Assembly: GCF_036321535.1 (NCBI RefSeq)
Contig: NC_087437.1
Location: forward strand, 45,448,001-45,512,000
DNA length: 64,000 nt
Reading direction: 5' to 3'
Source: Camelus dromedarius
Lineage: Eukaryota
This document shows positions 38,946-52,673 of this stretch, one piece after another. The notes under the pieces were generated by a model. That model did no database searches. It was not told where the DNA came from and saw only the letters and a program-made list of their open reading frames with translations. How positions within the stretch are numbered: the first letter of the stretch is position 1; each line of letters opens with the position of its first letter. The position numbers and the translations under genes were made by a program.

Positions 38946-41861
38946 TATGGAAACTCAATAAGATGAGGTGGTATTTGAAGGTTTGCCTACAGACCAATTT
39001 CATGAGGTTTCCAATGTGCTGGCCCAGAAAGTAAGCCACCTGTATCATGGCCTCAACAAAAACCCATGGCCTCACTCCTTATTAAGTGCCTAGCACAGGG
39101 TTGAAGACTCAGTTCGCAGTTCACCGTAGCCTGGACCTGCTGCTTTCAAGGCAACTTCTGTGGTAGCTGTGTTTAAGACAATAACCCTCCTTCTGCCTAG
39201 CCCCCATGAACAACTCATTAGAAATCTCACTTGGCCCCCACGGAGTAAGCAGCGCTCCCTGTGACACTGTCTATTGGACTCAGTTATGATTAGTTGGGGG
39301 TCAATGCTTTAAAAGTAATGATGATCCCTTCGTGGTCCTCTCTAGCATACTAAGGTAAAGGCTGGAAATGAATTTGATGAGATCTGACATTGCATCTCCT
39401 GAAAAACTTAACCTTCATGAGATTCCTGTAATATGGCTGCGAAGGTTAAATGAAATTAGATTCACAAAGCACTTAGCATAGTGTCAAGCACATGGTGATC
39501 AACAGTAGCAACAACATTATTAGAACCAGCCGTTCCTATGAGGAAAGCCTCCAGGAATCTCCAGAAATACCAACTCACGAAGCTGCTCTAAAGGGTCATG
39601 CATTCCTCTTAAACAAGATTGCTTTTCAAATATTAACGGGGTAGAAGGGAACAGATAGAAAACTGCTGCTATAAGGGAACTGTATGCCCTTCTTTTTTTG
39701 TCAGGGGCTGGATGAGGGAGCTGAGTTCTACCAGTGGCAGTGCTGCTGCTGCTTTACAGGGGGGACCAGGCAATGTCCCTGAGAGTTTCCTTTTGTAAAG
39801 TGAGGCTCTCAGAACAGAACTGTTCAGGTTGCTTTCAGCTCTGCCATCCTGTGATTCTTAAACATGGGATCTGTGCTGGCTGCGGGAGGAGGAAGCTCTG
39901 TGGTGGGAGAGCAGGAACAAAATTAAGGATAGAAGATCTTGGCGTTGAGATTAAAAATGGAAGTGCTTTAAGGGAGTAACCAAACAATAGATTTGCTTGG
40001 AAGCATGGCTTTTTAAATGTCTGCCTACTGACTGCATGACATATTTGCTTGAACAGAGCTCCTATAGCAAGTTGACAGTAATTTGATTTCCTCTGTTGCC
40101 TGACACTCGAAATTCTTACTTCCTAGGTTACCATAGAGCTCTCTCTAGCCAGTGTCACTCAGTGAGTTCTGACTGCATGGGCTTAATACGATGTCAATTT
40201 CGTGCCATGCTGTTTACTCCCTATCCCTTCAAATTAGATGTTCTTCTATTCCTAAAAATAAAATATCAACAATGCTGCTAGACAAGTCTTCAACTCAGTA
40301 ACCTCTCGAAAACGTAGCCCTTCTATTTCTGTCTGCTGAGGACAGGAGGATTTTTTCCCCTATTATGAGGCAATGTGTACAAGGTGGGCGGGGAGGAAAG
40401 CGCTGGATGTAATGAGTTGGAATCTCAAGCTAGAGTGGAGGCAGGTTTCCTCAAGGGAGCCTCTTAAGACAGAGAAATACAGTATGGGGAGAAAGAAGAA
40501 CCTTTCAGCTCAGAGCAGGGAAAGGAAATCAGACACTGAAGTCTGTATATGAGAACAAGAATTAGGACGGAGAAAAGGTCCACTCTACTCCCATCCTTTC
40601 TTCCACCGAAAGGAGCACCCTCCAAATTCTACTCAGGATTCCTGTTTCCACTACACATTCCACATAGGTCTTATGAGACGGAAGGTGACTACTAGGAGGG
40701 CACGTTTATTCCCCACTCCTCTAGTTTGCTCAAGGAGGGATTTCCCCTCAGAGCTCCCTGCCTCTTGGGCTACAAGAGAGATGAGTAAAGGTGTATGATC
40801 TCCAAGGAGATCTTCACCTGTTCAGTGAAGTCTGGAGAGGCATCCAGCTGAGCCACAACTCAGCTTCTGGCTCCTCCTGTCCTCTTGGGAGCAGCCTTCC
40901 TGCAGAAGAAGAACGCCTGCTTCTGCTGAAAGGCCCCTGCCCTGCGGGGAGGCTGTTAGACTCTGAACCTCAGCAGTAGGAAGCCTGCTCGTGGGTAGAG
41001 AGGAGCCACACTCTCCACAATTAGACGTGTAAATAACACGAGCACTGCTTGATCTCTCATCTTCCTACTCCTTTGCCTTACATCACACTTTGTTCAGAGC
41101 ACTGGTGGGGAGGAGAAAGTTATTGCTGTTTCTCCCCAGTAATAAATTTTTACTGATCTATGTTCCGGGGGAAATCTGCTGCAATGTCCCCAGCCATTTC
41201 TTGGTGCAAGAGTCAATTCATTTCTGTTGGTTCCTTCCCTTCCCATTGCCTCTAATTCCTCCAAAGTCGTGTGCTAATCCATGGACTTGATTATCAAGGA
41301 AGCCATCTGTATGACCCAGTGATTAATAAAACAGAATAGTCTACACCAAAAAAAGATTAGTTTCATATTTAATGTGTTTCAGCCATCAATTTAACCAGAA
41401 TAACTGCTTGGAATTGAACCCTGCTACAGTGGAAATGTGGGCTGAAAATAACTCTGTATCTATCGAAACTAGCTGACTAAATCACAGAATGTAACCAGAA
41501 AGAAGCATACGTAGTCTGAACCCACTCTTCCGCATCTCAAGTGCAGTGATAGGCACAGTATAGGGTTAAAAGTAGCATGATTTTTTATCTTGCTTTTATT
41601 GCTGATTTGTCACTGATCTGTGATGCCCTTCTGAACCCTGTATTTGTTTCTATAAAATGAGAACAATAAAACTACCTTGCAATATTCTAAGAATATTAAA
41701 TTAGATAATGCATGGGAACAATATTTATATTCTGTAATATGTATCTATGGGTTGCTAATATCATAGAGGTACTGAAAGAAGACAGACCCTTACATGACCA
41801 AGGTCACATAAGCCATTTAGTGCCCTGTCAAGAGAGCCCATCTTCTTGTCTTCTACCTTCT

Positions 41862-42006
41862 ACTAAAATTTCTCAGACTGAGGTCCAAGGATGATTCTTA
41901 TATAAACACATGCTTCAGAGCCCCACTCCAGCTCTAAATCAGAGTATCGACAGGCAAGCCCAGGAATCTGCATTTTAACAATAAACACTAAGTTTAGGAA
42001 GTACTA
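41862..42006. mobile_element. MER5-type hAT element
   Basis: gccccactccag...aaatcagagtatc...gcccaggaatctgcattttaacaa...aagtttaggaagtact. Confidence 0.65.
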
Positions 42007-42519
42007 CATCTGGCCCAAAAGTTTTTTAATATTTACACAAAGCTGCATTCTTATCAATTATAGATGTTACTTCTCTCCCTTACCTGAAAACGTCTTAAAA
42101 GAATCAGTTCAGTCAAAACATTTCCCTCTATTTGGAGCTCCTTGGGTCACTCTAAGTTAAAAGTGTATCTCCTCACAATTTAAAAAGCAACTTTCAAATT
42201 CCTACAGCCAAACATCTCCACCTTAAACCTTCTACTCTTGAAATGACAATTCTAATATTTATTTCATCTCCTTTACAAGAAAGTTCGGAACTCTCAACCC
42301 TTGGGCAGTGACAAGCCTGGATAAGAATCATTAAACCACAGCACCAACCAATAAGTGTAACAGGTGAAACCCAATTATTACAAACTCCATAAAAGTGGCC
42401 AAATGGTTATATTCTAATAGAACTGGGTTATAGCAAACACAGTGCCAGAAATTAGGTCCAGGTTTGTGGAACTTGGAAAGCAAAGCAGCCTCTCTGAAGT
42501 AGACTATCCAATGAAAGGA

Positions 42520-42815
42520 AGTGCCTTGAATACAATACAGATACAAAGGCTGTATCAAGCAGGCTAAGCTCTGCAGAGCCTCTGGGTCTTTCTGCAGGCG
42601 CCAAGCATGCATGGCCTTAGACTGTAAGTAAGATGGGAGCCTTTAGAGTGTGAGCAGAGGAGCAGCATGGCGTGACTTTCATTTTCACAGCACCTTTTTG
42701 GCTGTGATGCTGGGACTAAGGTAGAGACAGGGAGACGAGTTAGGCTATTTCCATCATCTAGTGAAAGATGGTGGGTAGCCTCTGGATACATTTAAAAGGT
42801 AGAGCTGACAGGCTT
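42520..42815 (-). mobile_element. L2 fragment
   Basis: gatgggagcctttagagtgtgagcagagg...ggtagagacagggagacgagttaggctatt...tctggatacatttaaaaggtagagctgacagg. Confidence 0.75.
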
Positions 42816-43404
42816 TGTTCCTCAAAGTCAATTTAACTAAGCATTGTCCAAATGGAAATGACTCTGCTCTACAAAACACTTTTTAAACTCGTTTTAATAA
42901 CTTCTATTTTTCAAGGCAGTAATCTTAACCTTAAAGAAAAATGGAGGCTAGAACCTAACAAATGTATATTATATTGACATAGTATAACCGAATATATGTA
43001 TCATATATAATATAGCATAATAAAACATAAAAATATAAATAATCTATTCACATATGCAACAAAATATATAGCCTACACATGTTCTCAGGGCAAGCATATT
43101 ATAAGCTAAGTGGGTACTCTCAAATTTACTTAACCAAATTCAGTTTTGTTTTGTTTGAAACCATGGTATTCTGAAAAGCTCCACAATATAGCTATTAACA
43201 AACAGTTACATGGTGTTGCCATGTTCCCTTTTTTGGTCTGTACATTTTTTTTAAATATCCAGTTTGAATTTTTCTCGTTTAAATCAGCTGTTTGCTCACA
43301 GTGTGGCAGAGTTTCCTCCCTTTCTGTTTTTCTTCTGTAGGCTCAGCTTATCTTGCCCTTCCATTGTCCTCCAAGTTCTTAGTTTTTGAAACTGAGCTTC
43401 CACT

Positions 43405-43600
43405 CACGCGCATTTCCCCCGGGAAACTTCTGTTCCACCTTTCACATTGCTGACTAGATTTCTTCATCTTCCCTCCTTTGTTTCATGAGCTAGCCTCCTA
43501 TTTGTGGACCAATCAGGCTGGACTGTTTCCCTTCACCCAGGAGGGTTATAAACCCATCTCTGCAAACTAACTAGAGGTTCTGTGATTGAAGTCAAGGTAT
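43405..43600 (+). promoter_or_regulatory. Candidate CCAAT+TATA core promoter
   Basis: CCAATCAG 43509-43516, TATAAA 43547-43552, palindrome TTTCCC-CC-GGGAAA 43413-43426; motif evidence only. Confidence 0.35.
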
Positions 43601-44627
43601 CAGTTGAAGCTCTAAAAAAAAATTGCAGCACTGAAAGCTGAAGCAGTGGTTTTTCCTTTAAGTTATTCAGCAGGACACCATCATTTCATCTCTTCCACAC
43701 ATCTTTTTATTACATTGCATTTTAATGTTCAATGTGACACCCCAAATGAAATGCTGAAACCCCCTGTGGACACTCAGTTGTGTATTCCATCTCATTCCTG
43801 CTTGGAATCAAGATACTAGTTTATAAAATGGTTTTCTCAAATGAAATTAGGGAGTAAACCAGTGTGATTCGGGCATTCACAATTGCCTATCAGCCTCCTA
43901 TTGTGGAAGGATTAAATGTAATTTCAAACAATAGAAGGCAATCCCAGGAAGAAATTATACAGGTGAGTGTGTTGATTAAGATGCCACAGTTGGGCTTTGG
44001 GTTAACAGTCCTCAGAAAAGATCTGATAACAGCTTCATTAGAGCCATGATTATTCTAGGATGATCAACTCTGATCACCTGGATATCCAAATTTTGCTTTA
44101 CCTTTGAGGCTTTGCCATGTATATTTTCAAGTCATATCTCTTTTCTTGTTTTAATGGAATAAATTTGCTTTACCAGTGTCAGTAGAATACAATATGCTTG
44201 GTTATTACCATTTTGTGTTAATTGCATAAGGCTTGAATTCTCAGTCAATATTATTTCATAATTACAATTGTCATGAAAGCACAGCTTAATTATTATCCTC
44301 ACAATTTTAAAAAGATCATAGAGAGTTAATCAATCTGTATATAAGTAACTCTTTTAGTGTAGTCTCTGTACTATGTTCATTCATTAAAAATGAATATGTT
44401 ATACACACCATATTATCAAACACCTGAACAGAAAATAAAACCTCTGTTAAAACATCTAGGTGAAGATAAAATTGCTCAGACATTCTAATTAATGTCCAAT
44501 TTATTTCCAATCTATCTACCACCATATTTGCTGACCTTTGGGAGTGGTCAAAGTTTCTCTATCCTCCATAGCATCCTCTCAAATATGAATTACAGGTAAT
44601 AATAGTTATTATGATCAGAATTTTATT

Positions 44628-44825
44628 GATAATAATTAACACTTATATAGTGCTTACTGTGGATCTGGCAGCCTTCTAAGTGCATTCCACATATAACATA
44701 CTCAGTCTTCCCACCAGCACGAAGTAGTGTCATTGTTCCCATTTTACAGAAGAGATCACCTGGCCTCTGTTACAACACTAATAGGTGGTAGAGCTGTGAA
44801 CTGGATCCAGGGAAATCTGACTTGC
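44628..44825 (-). mobile_element. MIR
   Basis: taacacttatatagtgcttactgtg...ttcccattttacagaagaga...taggtggtagagctg. Confidence 0.8.
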
Positions 44826-47681
44826 TATTCTCAACCCTTTGTGCCATCAGCCCCATACCACCACCCATCCCTGCCAAGGAAGAGGGTGTGGCTCCAAGTT
44901 GAGAAGCAGTGATTTAGCGATGTTTTTAAGAGTGCAATTTTGAAAAAGTAATATAAAATAAAAAACATCAAACATATAAGTGAAGATTCTCATCCTTCTA
45001 CTTTTGGTACTTTTGGTCCAAGTCCAAATTTCTGCATCCTGGCCATATAATAAAATTAATAGCAGGCCAATACAAAGATTAAGTTCTAACATTGTTGACA
45101 ATGACTAAAAACACTTGAAAGATCAGGCAGTTGTGGAGAAAGCATCACCTATACCCATCTCCTAACAAGTGCAAAGTGAAAATATTTAGATCACCAAGTC
45201 AAGATGAATTGGTATCTAAATTTCACAGAGAAGGTCTAAACTTCATTGTGCTTTTGTTGAGTTCCTGTGGGCAGAGAGCTACAATTTACATCCTTAAGAT
45301 CTGAGGCCAAAATATTGCAGAAAGAAAAATCATTCTTTTATCCAATAAATATTAGATGAAACTCATTAGGCACCAATTTTATGTCAGGAACTATTATAGA
45401 CCTTGAAGGACTGAACTACAATGTGTTCGGTTTAAAAAAAAAAAAAAAGTATCCCTAACCCCAAGAAGTACAGTCAGGCTAAATATTTAACATGGAATTT
45501 TTATGTTTAAAATTTGTATCAGAAATTTTATATCACTACACATGCAAAAGACACTGACAACAGGACCCCTTCTTAGACTGCTAATAATCTGCATTAGTCC
45601 CTCATCCCTGCCCCAACAGCTCTGAGACCTTCGAGACACATTATAAGCAATACAATCTCTGCTCTCAGTTCAATATCTGGAGGGGACCATCCCTCTGGCC
45701 GGTGGAATTTCACACAGGCCTTTCTGCATGTGTGCATCCCTTCTCACTCACCACCTTCAACACGGCCTCTGACTGACCCAGTTCTGACTGCCTCTTCTTA
45801 ACTCTTGTAGGTCATCTCTGTGCCTATTTTCATCCAGCCCAGCTTGATCTGTGACTGCTCCCAGGTTCTAGGGGTGGACTTGCCCAGCACCTGTGCTCTT
45901 CTGAACCCCATCTGACCCACCACAGACATCCAGGCTCTGCTCCTGGGCACACTTCCTGCTGGGCAGGCACCTGGCTCACCATTTGCTTGGCTTCTCTTGC
46001 AGCCTGGCTGCTCTCCTCACATCTACCTTACCTCCTTCTCCCACTTCCCTGGGCTGGAAGAGCATGCACGTTAATTAGTGTTGATTTGTTGACATCCAGG
46101 CATATTTCCCACAAAAATATTCCATTAGAAACCCAGGAAACAAAAATGAAATCAAAGACATGCTTACAGGGTCTTTTACAGTCTTCCCACCATCTTTACA
46201 AAGTCAAGAGATTTAATCAGGGGTAAGTTTGCTCTTTCATCTTTGTTAGAGATATTGAAACAAAGTTTTAGAAGAACTGAATGAATCACATGCCATTCAG
46301 ATCACCACAGGCAATCAGAGAAGAAGCTGTGTAAAACCCAGTTTGTAAATCTCCAAATAGTCAATTAGCAGGCCAATATGAGCAATGAGTAGACCTTACA
46401 GCCTTTCCCAAGCAAACATGGTAATTAAAAACAAATTACTGTGTAGCCTGGATGTGTTGCTTTACAATGTACCCCACCTGCCAACCAGCAGCTACATTCA
46501 TTCCAAGACTGTCTGGCCAATTATCTGCTTCCCCACTGGGTGACATGGACTTCCTGTCGGAGCACCATTTGCAAGAACCCACATCAGATTAGGCCTTTTG
46601 TTCTCAGAAGGCAGCAGATCTTCCAGGAGACTCAAGAGCAGATCCCTCCCTGGATAAATTCTGCCTCGGTCACAGAATATATTCTTTGTATTCATGTCAC
46701 AAGGAGCTGGAAATTTTCCAATTTCCATTCACTAGAATGGAATCCTCAGGTTCTAACAAGAAAAGAATACTATCACATATTTTTCCTACAGGTAATTGTA
46801 ATTAAGAAAAGAAAAATCAAACATTGGGTTTTGACAACTTCATCAAAGGCCCTTGGCAAAAAATTCAAGTAGAATGTCTAATTTTCTCTCTTAGATAAAA
46901 ATAAATCCATGAAATCAGGTCAAGTGAAATTTACTGGTTTATTTTATAATTGGTTTTGCACATGGGCTTAGAAACATAGGAAGTTAGAATTAAAAGAAAA
47001 AATCTGGCACTTAAGTCTTACAACTGAGGAAACTGAGACCCAAGGTCATACAGAAGGGGGAGCAGAAGCAAAATCTAATAGTCTCTGCACTGCTCTGTAC
47101 TCCGAGTGAATTTAGGCTTGTGCACATATTCATAATACATATAGATTTCATGTGCATACACAGATCTCTCAGTAGGTCTTCACGTGCATTTTTATGTGTG
47201 ATTCTCACCTTCTGGAGTTAGGAGAGTCTAAAAGTTAAGAATTTTATTGACAGAATCACTCCTATTTTATGTCACAGGAGAAACAAGACCCTAGCTACGC
47301 AGACGGATAATTTCTCTTTTTGTAAATTTGGAACATCATCCATTCAATGAATATTTTTTAATGTTATCTATACACCAGGCACAAAGTGAACCTTATGGCA
47401 AAAACCATGAACAGACTTCCACTCTTGAGACAAAACCAATTATCAGCACTTTCTAATGCTGTGTTAAGAAGGCTTCCGAGGAGCTGTCTGAACTAATGAA
47501 ACAGTGATTATATATGATTTTTCACTGACCGTAATGAGCAGGGAATGGCACCAAATATGTTATTGAGATGGCATTCCTATTGTGGAATTATTCTTCCAGC
47601 TCCAATATTCCCTACAGATTCTATCTCCTATGTTTCTGTTGAAATGTTTGCCTGACGTTGTACAAAAGGAGTGGTTGCTTA

Positions 47682-47791
47682 CATATGTGTATTATCATTG
47701 AAGTACAGTCAGTTTACAATGTTGTGTCAATTTCTGGTGTGCAGCATAATGCTTCAGTCATACATGTGCATACATATATTCATTTTCATAT
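47682..47791 (-). mobile_element. 110-bp L1 3'-end fragment
   Basis: attgaagtacagtcagtttacaatgttgtgtcaatttctggtgt (reverse L1 end); perfect 15-bp TSD aggagtggttgctta (47667-47681, 47792-47806). Confidence 0.88.
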
Positions 47792-50700
47792 AGGAGTGGT
47801 TGCTTATACATAATTGTTTCCCTCTTTGTTCCAAAATGAAAAGAAGAAATGGGTAGAAGGGAATTAGGATGGAGGTGGTAGACATGATGGCAGATTAAAA
47901 ACAACTAGTCTGTTCACGAGGGAGTTAGATCCTGAATCAGAGCTTCCTGGCTATGACTTCAGACTATGCTAAAGTGATTGCTTTGCTTTAGCTATTGGGA
48001 CAAAATGTGAGGAGTATTTTGGAAAGGTTCTTTATTATAAAACTTTGTTTTTCCTTTATGACTTATAAGAGTGATTTATTGAGAAAATCCACTCTCTCCT
48101 CAATGATAAATGCAGCCCAATCTTCAAGTTTATAACACTTTCTGAGTAACTATCAAATCAATGAGTCTTTCTTCATCAAAATGAAATCACATATATACAT
48201 AAGATATGTTTTTAAGCTGGAAAGGAAAAAGAAATCAAAATGGTTCTATTATTTCGCTGCTGAAAAGGCTTTTGTAATCAGTACCAGTCTTTCAATGGTG
48301 GTTTCTTTCATCATTTGGTTGGTATAAAACCATAAGTGACATGCCCTCGAAATCATGAAGAGAAGCCAGGAAGTCAATATTAAGTTCACTGTAAGAATAT
48401 GATGAATTTGCACTATTGTCTGGCCTCATTATATTCTTTGTCACAAAAATGAGTTATCACAGAATTATAACGTCTAGTATGTTCTTCTTTATAATACATT
48501 CTTTTTCACATGACAAGAATTACGACAAGAGGAGAAAATGGACAAAATTAATCCACCCTCATGACAGAAAATACTGCATCAAATTAACTTGTGACAGGCA
48601 AGTATTTTTGTGAAGGCATTTATTGATGGCATCTGTCGTTTCGGTCTACCTACATCAGTTCTTTATGTGCCTCATCAAAGATCTATCGTGAGTGGAACCC
48701 TGAAAAAAACATCTGAAAAGAGTTTAGATGTAAAGGAAAGAAACAAGGGTTATTTTGTACATGATCTTTGGAGGAAAACCCTAACTAAATCAATAACTTG
48801 GATTTTACAGCACTCTTGAACATACTCCATCCCACTTTATCCCTGTTTGAGAACTTTCCACTTCTGGACTTGGCAGAAGAAGTTCATCTGCAGATTTTAG
48901 AGGGGAGAAAGGAATAGAAAGATTTCAAATAATAAATCCATTCATTCCTCAAGGTATATTTGCTTTCTACTTTGGATCTAGGTAGTAACCAACATAGAAT
49001 ATCCTTACAGCAATAGATATAGTACATACCACTTAACCAAACCCAATTAGCTGAATGTGAAAATGCGATGTAGTCATTCTAAGCAAAAGGGGAACAATGC
49101 TGAGGATCAGTGACACTAGGTGACTATAATTTATATTTGTTCATATATGAATAACTCTCACACAGGTAGCCTGGAATAAATGATGTAGAGATTTTCAAAG
49201 AAAAATGTGCAGTGATGTGTGATGAAGCAGAGAGAGATCACCAGCACAGACCAAATAATCATCTTTAAAAAATTAGTTCTCAGGAAGCATTTACTCCAGA
49301 ATTTCACTCAAGTCCAGACCCTGGCCCACAGCATTATAAATTCAGACACTCATGCGTGCCTACCATACAAGAACGTTCTCCAAGACTTACGTGTCAATCC
49401 AGAAGACCAGTTTTATTGTTCCTTTTGCTTAAGGAACTGTATTTGAATCAATTCATTTTCAGTGATGCATAAAAGATTATATACATTTTTTAACGTACCC
49501 AGAAAACTGAATGGAAAAAAAAAATCCCCCTTGTCATGGAAAAAAAAAATCTCAATCTATTGCTACATTTCTGTGTGAGAGAAGTAACATCTCTAAAGAG
49601 AAGTACAACAATGTCCCCATCACTCCCTTATTAACTCTCATTTGGATATGAATCTAAGGTAGATGATAAATGAGGAAAGACATACATGAAGCTAATCAGA
49701 TCCCCAGTGATTGTACAACTGCAGACACAGCAGAACACAAGCTCCTTAAGCAGGAGTCTCATTGACTGATGCTTAAAATATCATTGCTGGTCTTCCTTAG
49801 TCAGAAAATGGAATTTAGCAAGGTGTTGCACTTTCATGCCAGCTTACATATTTGATTTTCTTCTAATGTGAACACAAGTAGCATTTTACTCAAGTGCCAT
49901 TTCTGTAGGAAGGTATGAAACAGGTATGGCAAATTTATACAAGTAGCAAAGACCAGATTTTGAAAGTACACAAGTTGCAGTTCAATCTTGGTTTGAAAAG
50001 TTCTTCTAGTATCGTTAAAACACTCAAATAAGACATTTACTCTTCCAGGTAGATTTAACCAATGGGTGTTTACCATTATAATGAACTGTTTCTTATGGGG
50101 AACACACACTAATTACCTCACCTAAATTTAGAATGAAAGTTTGAGGGCTGGAAACATTATTCTGAAGACTCTTGTCTGTGCTTAAATGAAAAACTGTAAT
50201 GATCTAGTCAAACGAAATTGAATTAAGTGCTTTGGGAATTGCTTAATATTTTTAACCAGTAAAACAATATATCTTCCAAAGAAACTGGCATATTCATTGT
50301 AAACAATTATATTTTGGAGACTGACTTATTACAGAGGCATATGCTCTGTTAAAATAATTAAAGATTACCTTTCACATTAAAACAAAAGAACAACATCTTT
50401 TAAGTATGCAATTCATTTATCCAAATTATTGTCATAGTACATTGTGAGAAATTTAGTAACATGTCATCACCAAAAATAACAAAGCAGGTCACAGTAGTTA
50501 ATTTCAAATAAAGTGAATGTAATAAAGCTCATTTCAGCAATTCTATACTGAGAAAAATTAATTCCAAGTTAGAAAATTAGGTGGATTCACATACACACAT
50601 TACACACAAGCCTACCATGATGAAACACTATGTGTCTGAGGGGAAAGAATGATTTAATTAAATCCTTGAATTTTAAATATTTTATAACCACACAAATGTT

Positions 50701-51791
50701 AGCCTTCTCCATTCTTGCCTCTACAGATCTGTGTTAGTCAGTAAGGAAATATGTAGGATACCACAATTACTCGTTATGCTTCCAGACTTTTCTATCTTGA
50801 TAATCCTTTATGTATCTTGAAATAATCAGGGCTGTTCTGCCATTGGTAATTACTTTTCAACGGATTAGCAGTAAGTCATTTTCACATTGCTGTTGTCTCT
50901 AAAGTTATTCACGGTCTCATAGCTTTGGCTGAGGGTGGTGGGGCTTATCCTATTCATTTTGGGATAACCCACAACCACCTGCTTCTAAGCAGATGTCTCT
51001 TCCAACGTGTCCTGAACACAATTCCATGATCTGAGCTATGAGTGCTTGACTGCTTTCTTCCTTATGCATCTCTATGCCACACAGCCTCCCTCGTACATCC
51101 CCCACTGTCTTGGGACATTCTGGATGAAGAATCAAGATTCTTACTAGTTTCCATATGAAATTTACTCACGTGAAGTATTCAGGACTTGTTAGACTTGACT
51201 AGGGTCGAGGTAGGTCATGGTCTCCTGCCTTCTCCTGGTTCTACCCAGTCTCTTTTCCATCATCTCTTATCTCCCCCTCCTCCTCAGGAGCAACAAGCAA
51301 AACCTCCCTCTTACCCAGCAGTGCAGGCCCACCCAGATCTACACTTCTTAGTTTTCAGGTCTCAGCTTCTATCCCAAGAAATAATCAAATCATGTTACCA
51401 AAAACTCATAGGTTCTCCCCTCTTAAGAGGAATCCTGATGAGATTTAACCTCATTACCTTTCTATCACCCACAATGCCATGCACACAAACAATTTTTCCT
51501 TAATGTTTGTTGAATGAACACTTCATTTAACACTAGGGAACTCACACAAAGCTACTGAGTCTGGAGTGCAAAGGTCCTGATACCAATTTCCTGTTATACT
51601 TGCTGTGAAACCTAGGAAAATAACAAAGCTCTTAGACTCTCAATTTCTTCATCTAGAAAATGGGAACAGTAAAGTGTGCTGGCATTTAATCAGAACTGGG
51701 CTATGATACAGAAAGTGAGAGAATGAGAAAAAAATAACAATTCAAGTAAAGAAAGAATTCTATCTATTTCACTCTTTGAAATTATGCCCAC

Positions 51792-52040
51792 AGGCAATGG
51801 TATGAAATCCATGCTGAACCCATTGATACCTACTGGTTAAACCCATGAAAAGAACCAGTAAATGATTTCAAGAGTCTCCTGGCCTTTGACAAGGAAAACA
51901 TTGTCCAGATGGCCCAGGAAGCTGATGTGATGACATCTTCAACATTCTCAAGAAAAATAATGAGGAATTAATAGATAGTGACTATATGGAAAGTTATAAG
52001 AACTAACAAAAATCATCTCTAGATAATGATGACAACAATC
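51792..52040 (+). mobile_element. Decayed Tigger/pogo transposase C-terminal fragment
   Basis: Hand translation RQWYEIHAEPIDTYWLNP*KEPVNDFKSLLAFDKENIVQMAQEA, frameshift, DDIFNILKKNNEELIDSDYME; resembles the Tigger motif W.EI..ETI.ACW..LW...VNDF.GF plus acidic tail. Confidence 0.6.
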
Positions 52041-52455
52041 AGGGAGAGTGTAGTTTGCTGGGTGAAATCTTTTTAAGTTTTTGAAGTATTTCTAGCAGGG
52101 AAATATTGAGTGATTTAATTTCGGAATGCAATCTCTATCAAATTGTATACAAAAACATCATTATATACATCATAAATGTATTATTTGCATTACTGAAAGA
52201 TTCACTGTAGGTTTTTTTTAAACTATATTGAGTCTATTTACATAACATTTTACTTATGTATAAATTTCCAGGAGTATATCTAAAGACTCATAGAGCTAGA
52301 AAAATGCATAAGGTCTTCTAGTTTCATTCCTTCATTTCCAGCTAAGGAAATTAAGATGGAAGATATTTACATTGCACTGCCCAAGGTATGAATAATTATT
52401 CAAGACTCTTGATTGCTAGAGTAAGAGATTCATGATTCTTTTTCATCTTTTCCAT

Positions 52456-52640
52456 CAGTGATTTTCAACACTAGCCACACATTAGGATCAACTAGGAAGC
52501 ATTTCTAAGACAGCCACGCCCAAGGGGAGAGGGTGTAGCTCAAGAGGTAGAGTGCATGCCTAGCATGCATGAGGTCCTGCATTCAATCCCCAGTACCTCC
52601 CCCCAAAGAATAAATAAATAAAACTAATTATCTCCCTCAA

Positions 52641-52673
<33 letters not shown>

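Noticed and set aside
42084..42201. Minus-strand exon candidate (TAG| ... CAG|GTAAGG)
   Set aside because: Stops in all three frames and a weak pyrimidine tract; not coding
52524..52600. tRNA gene
   Set aside because: The tRNA-like head is followed by a SINE tail, poly(A) and TSD; it is a SINE
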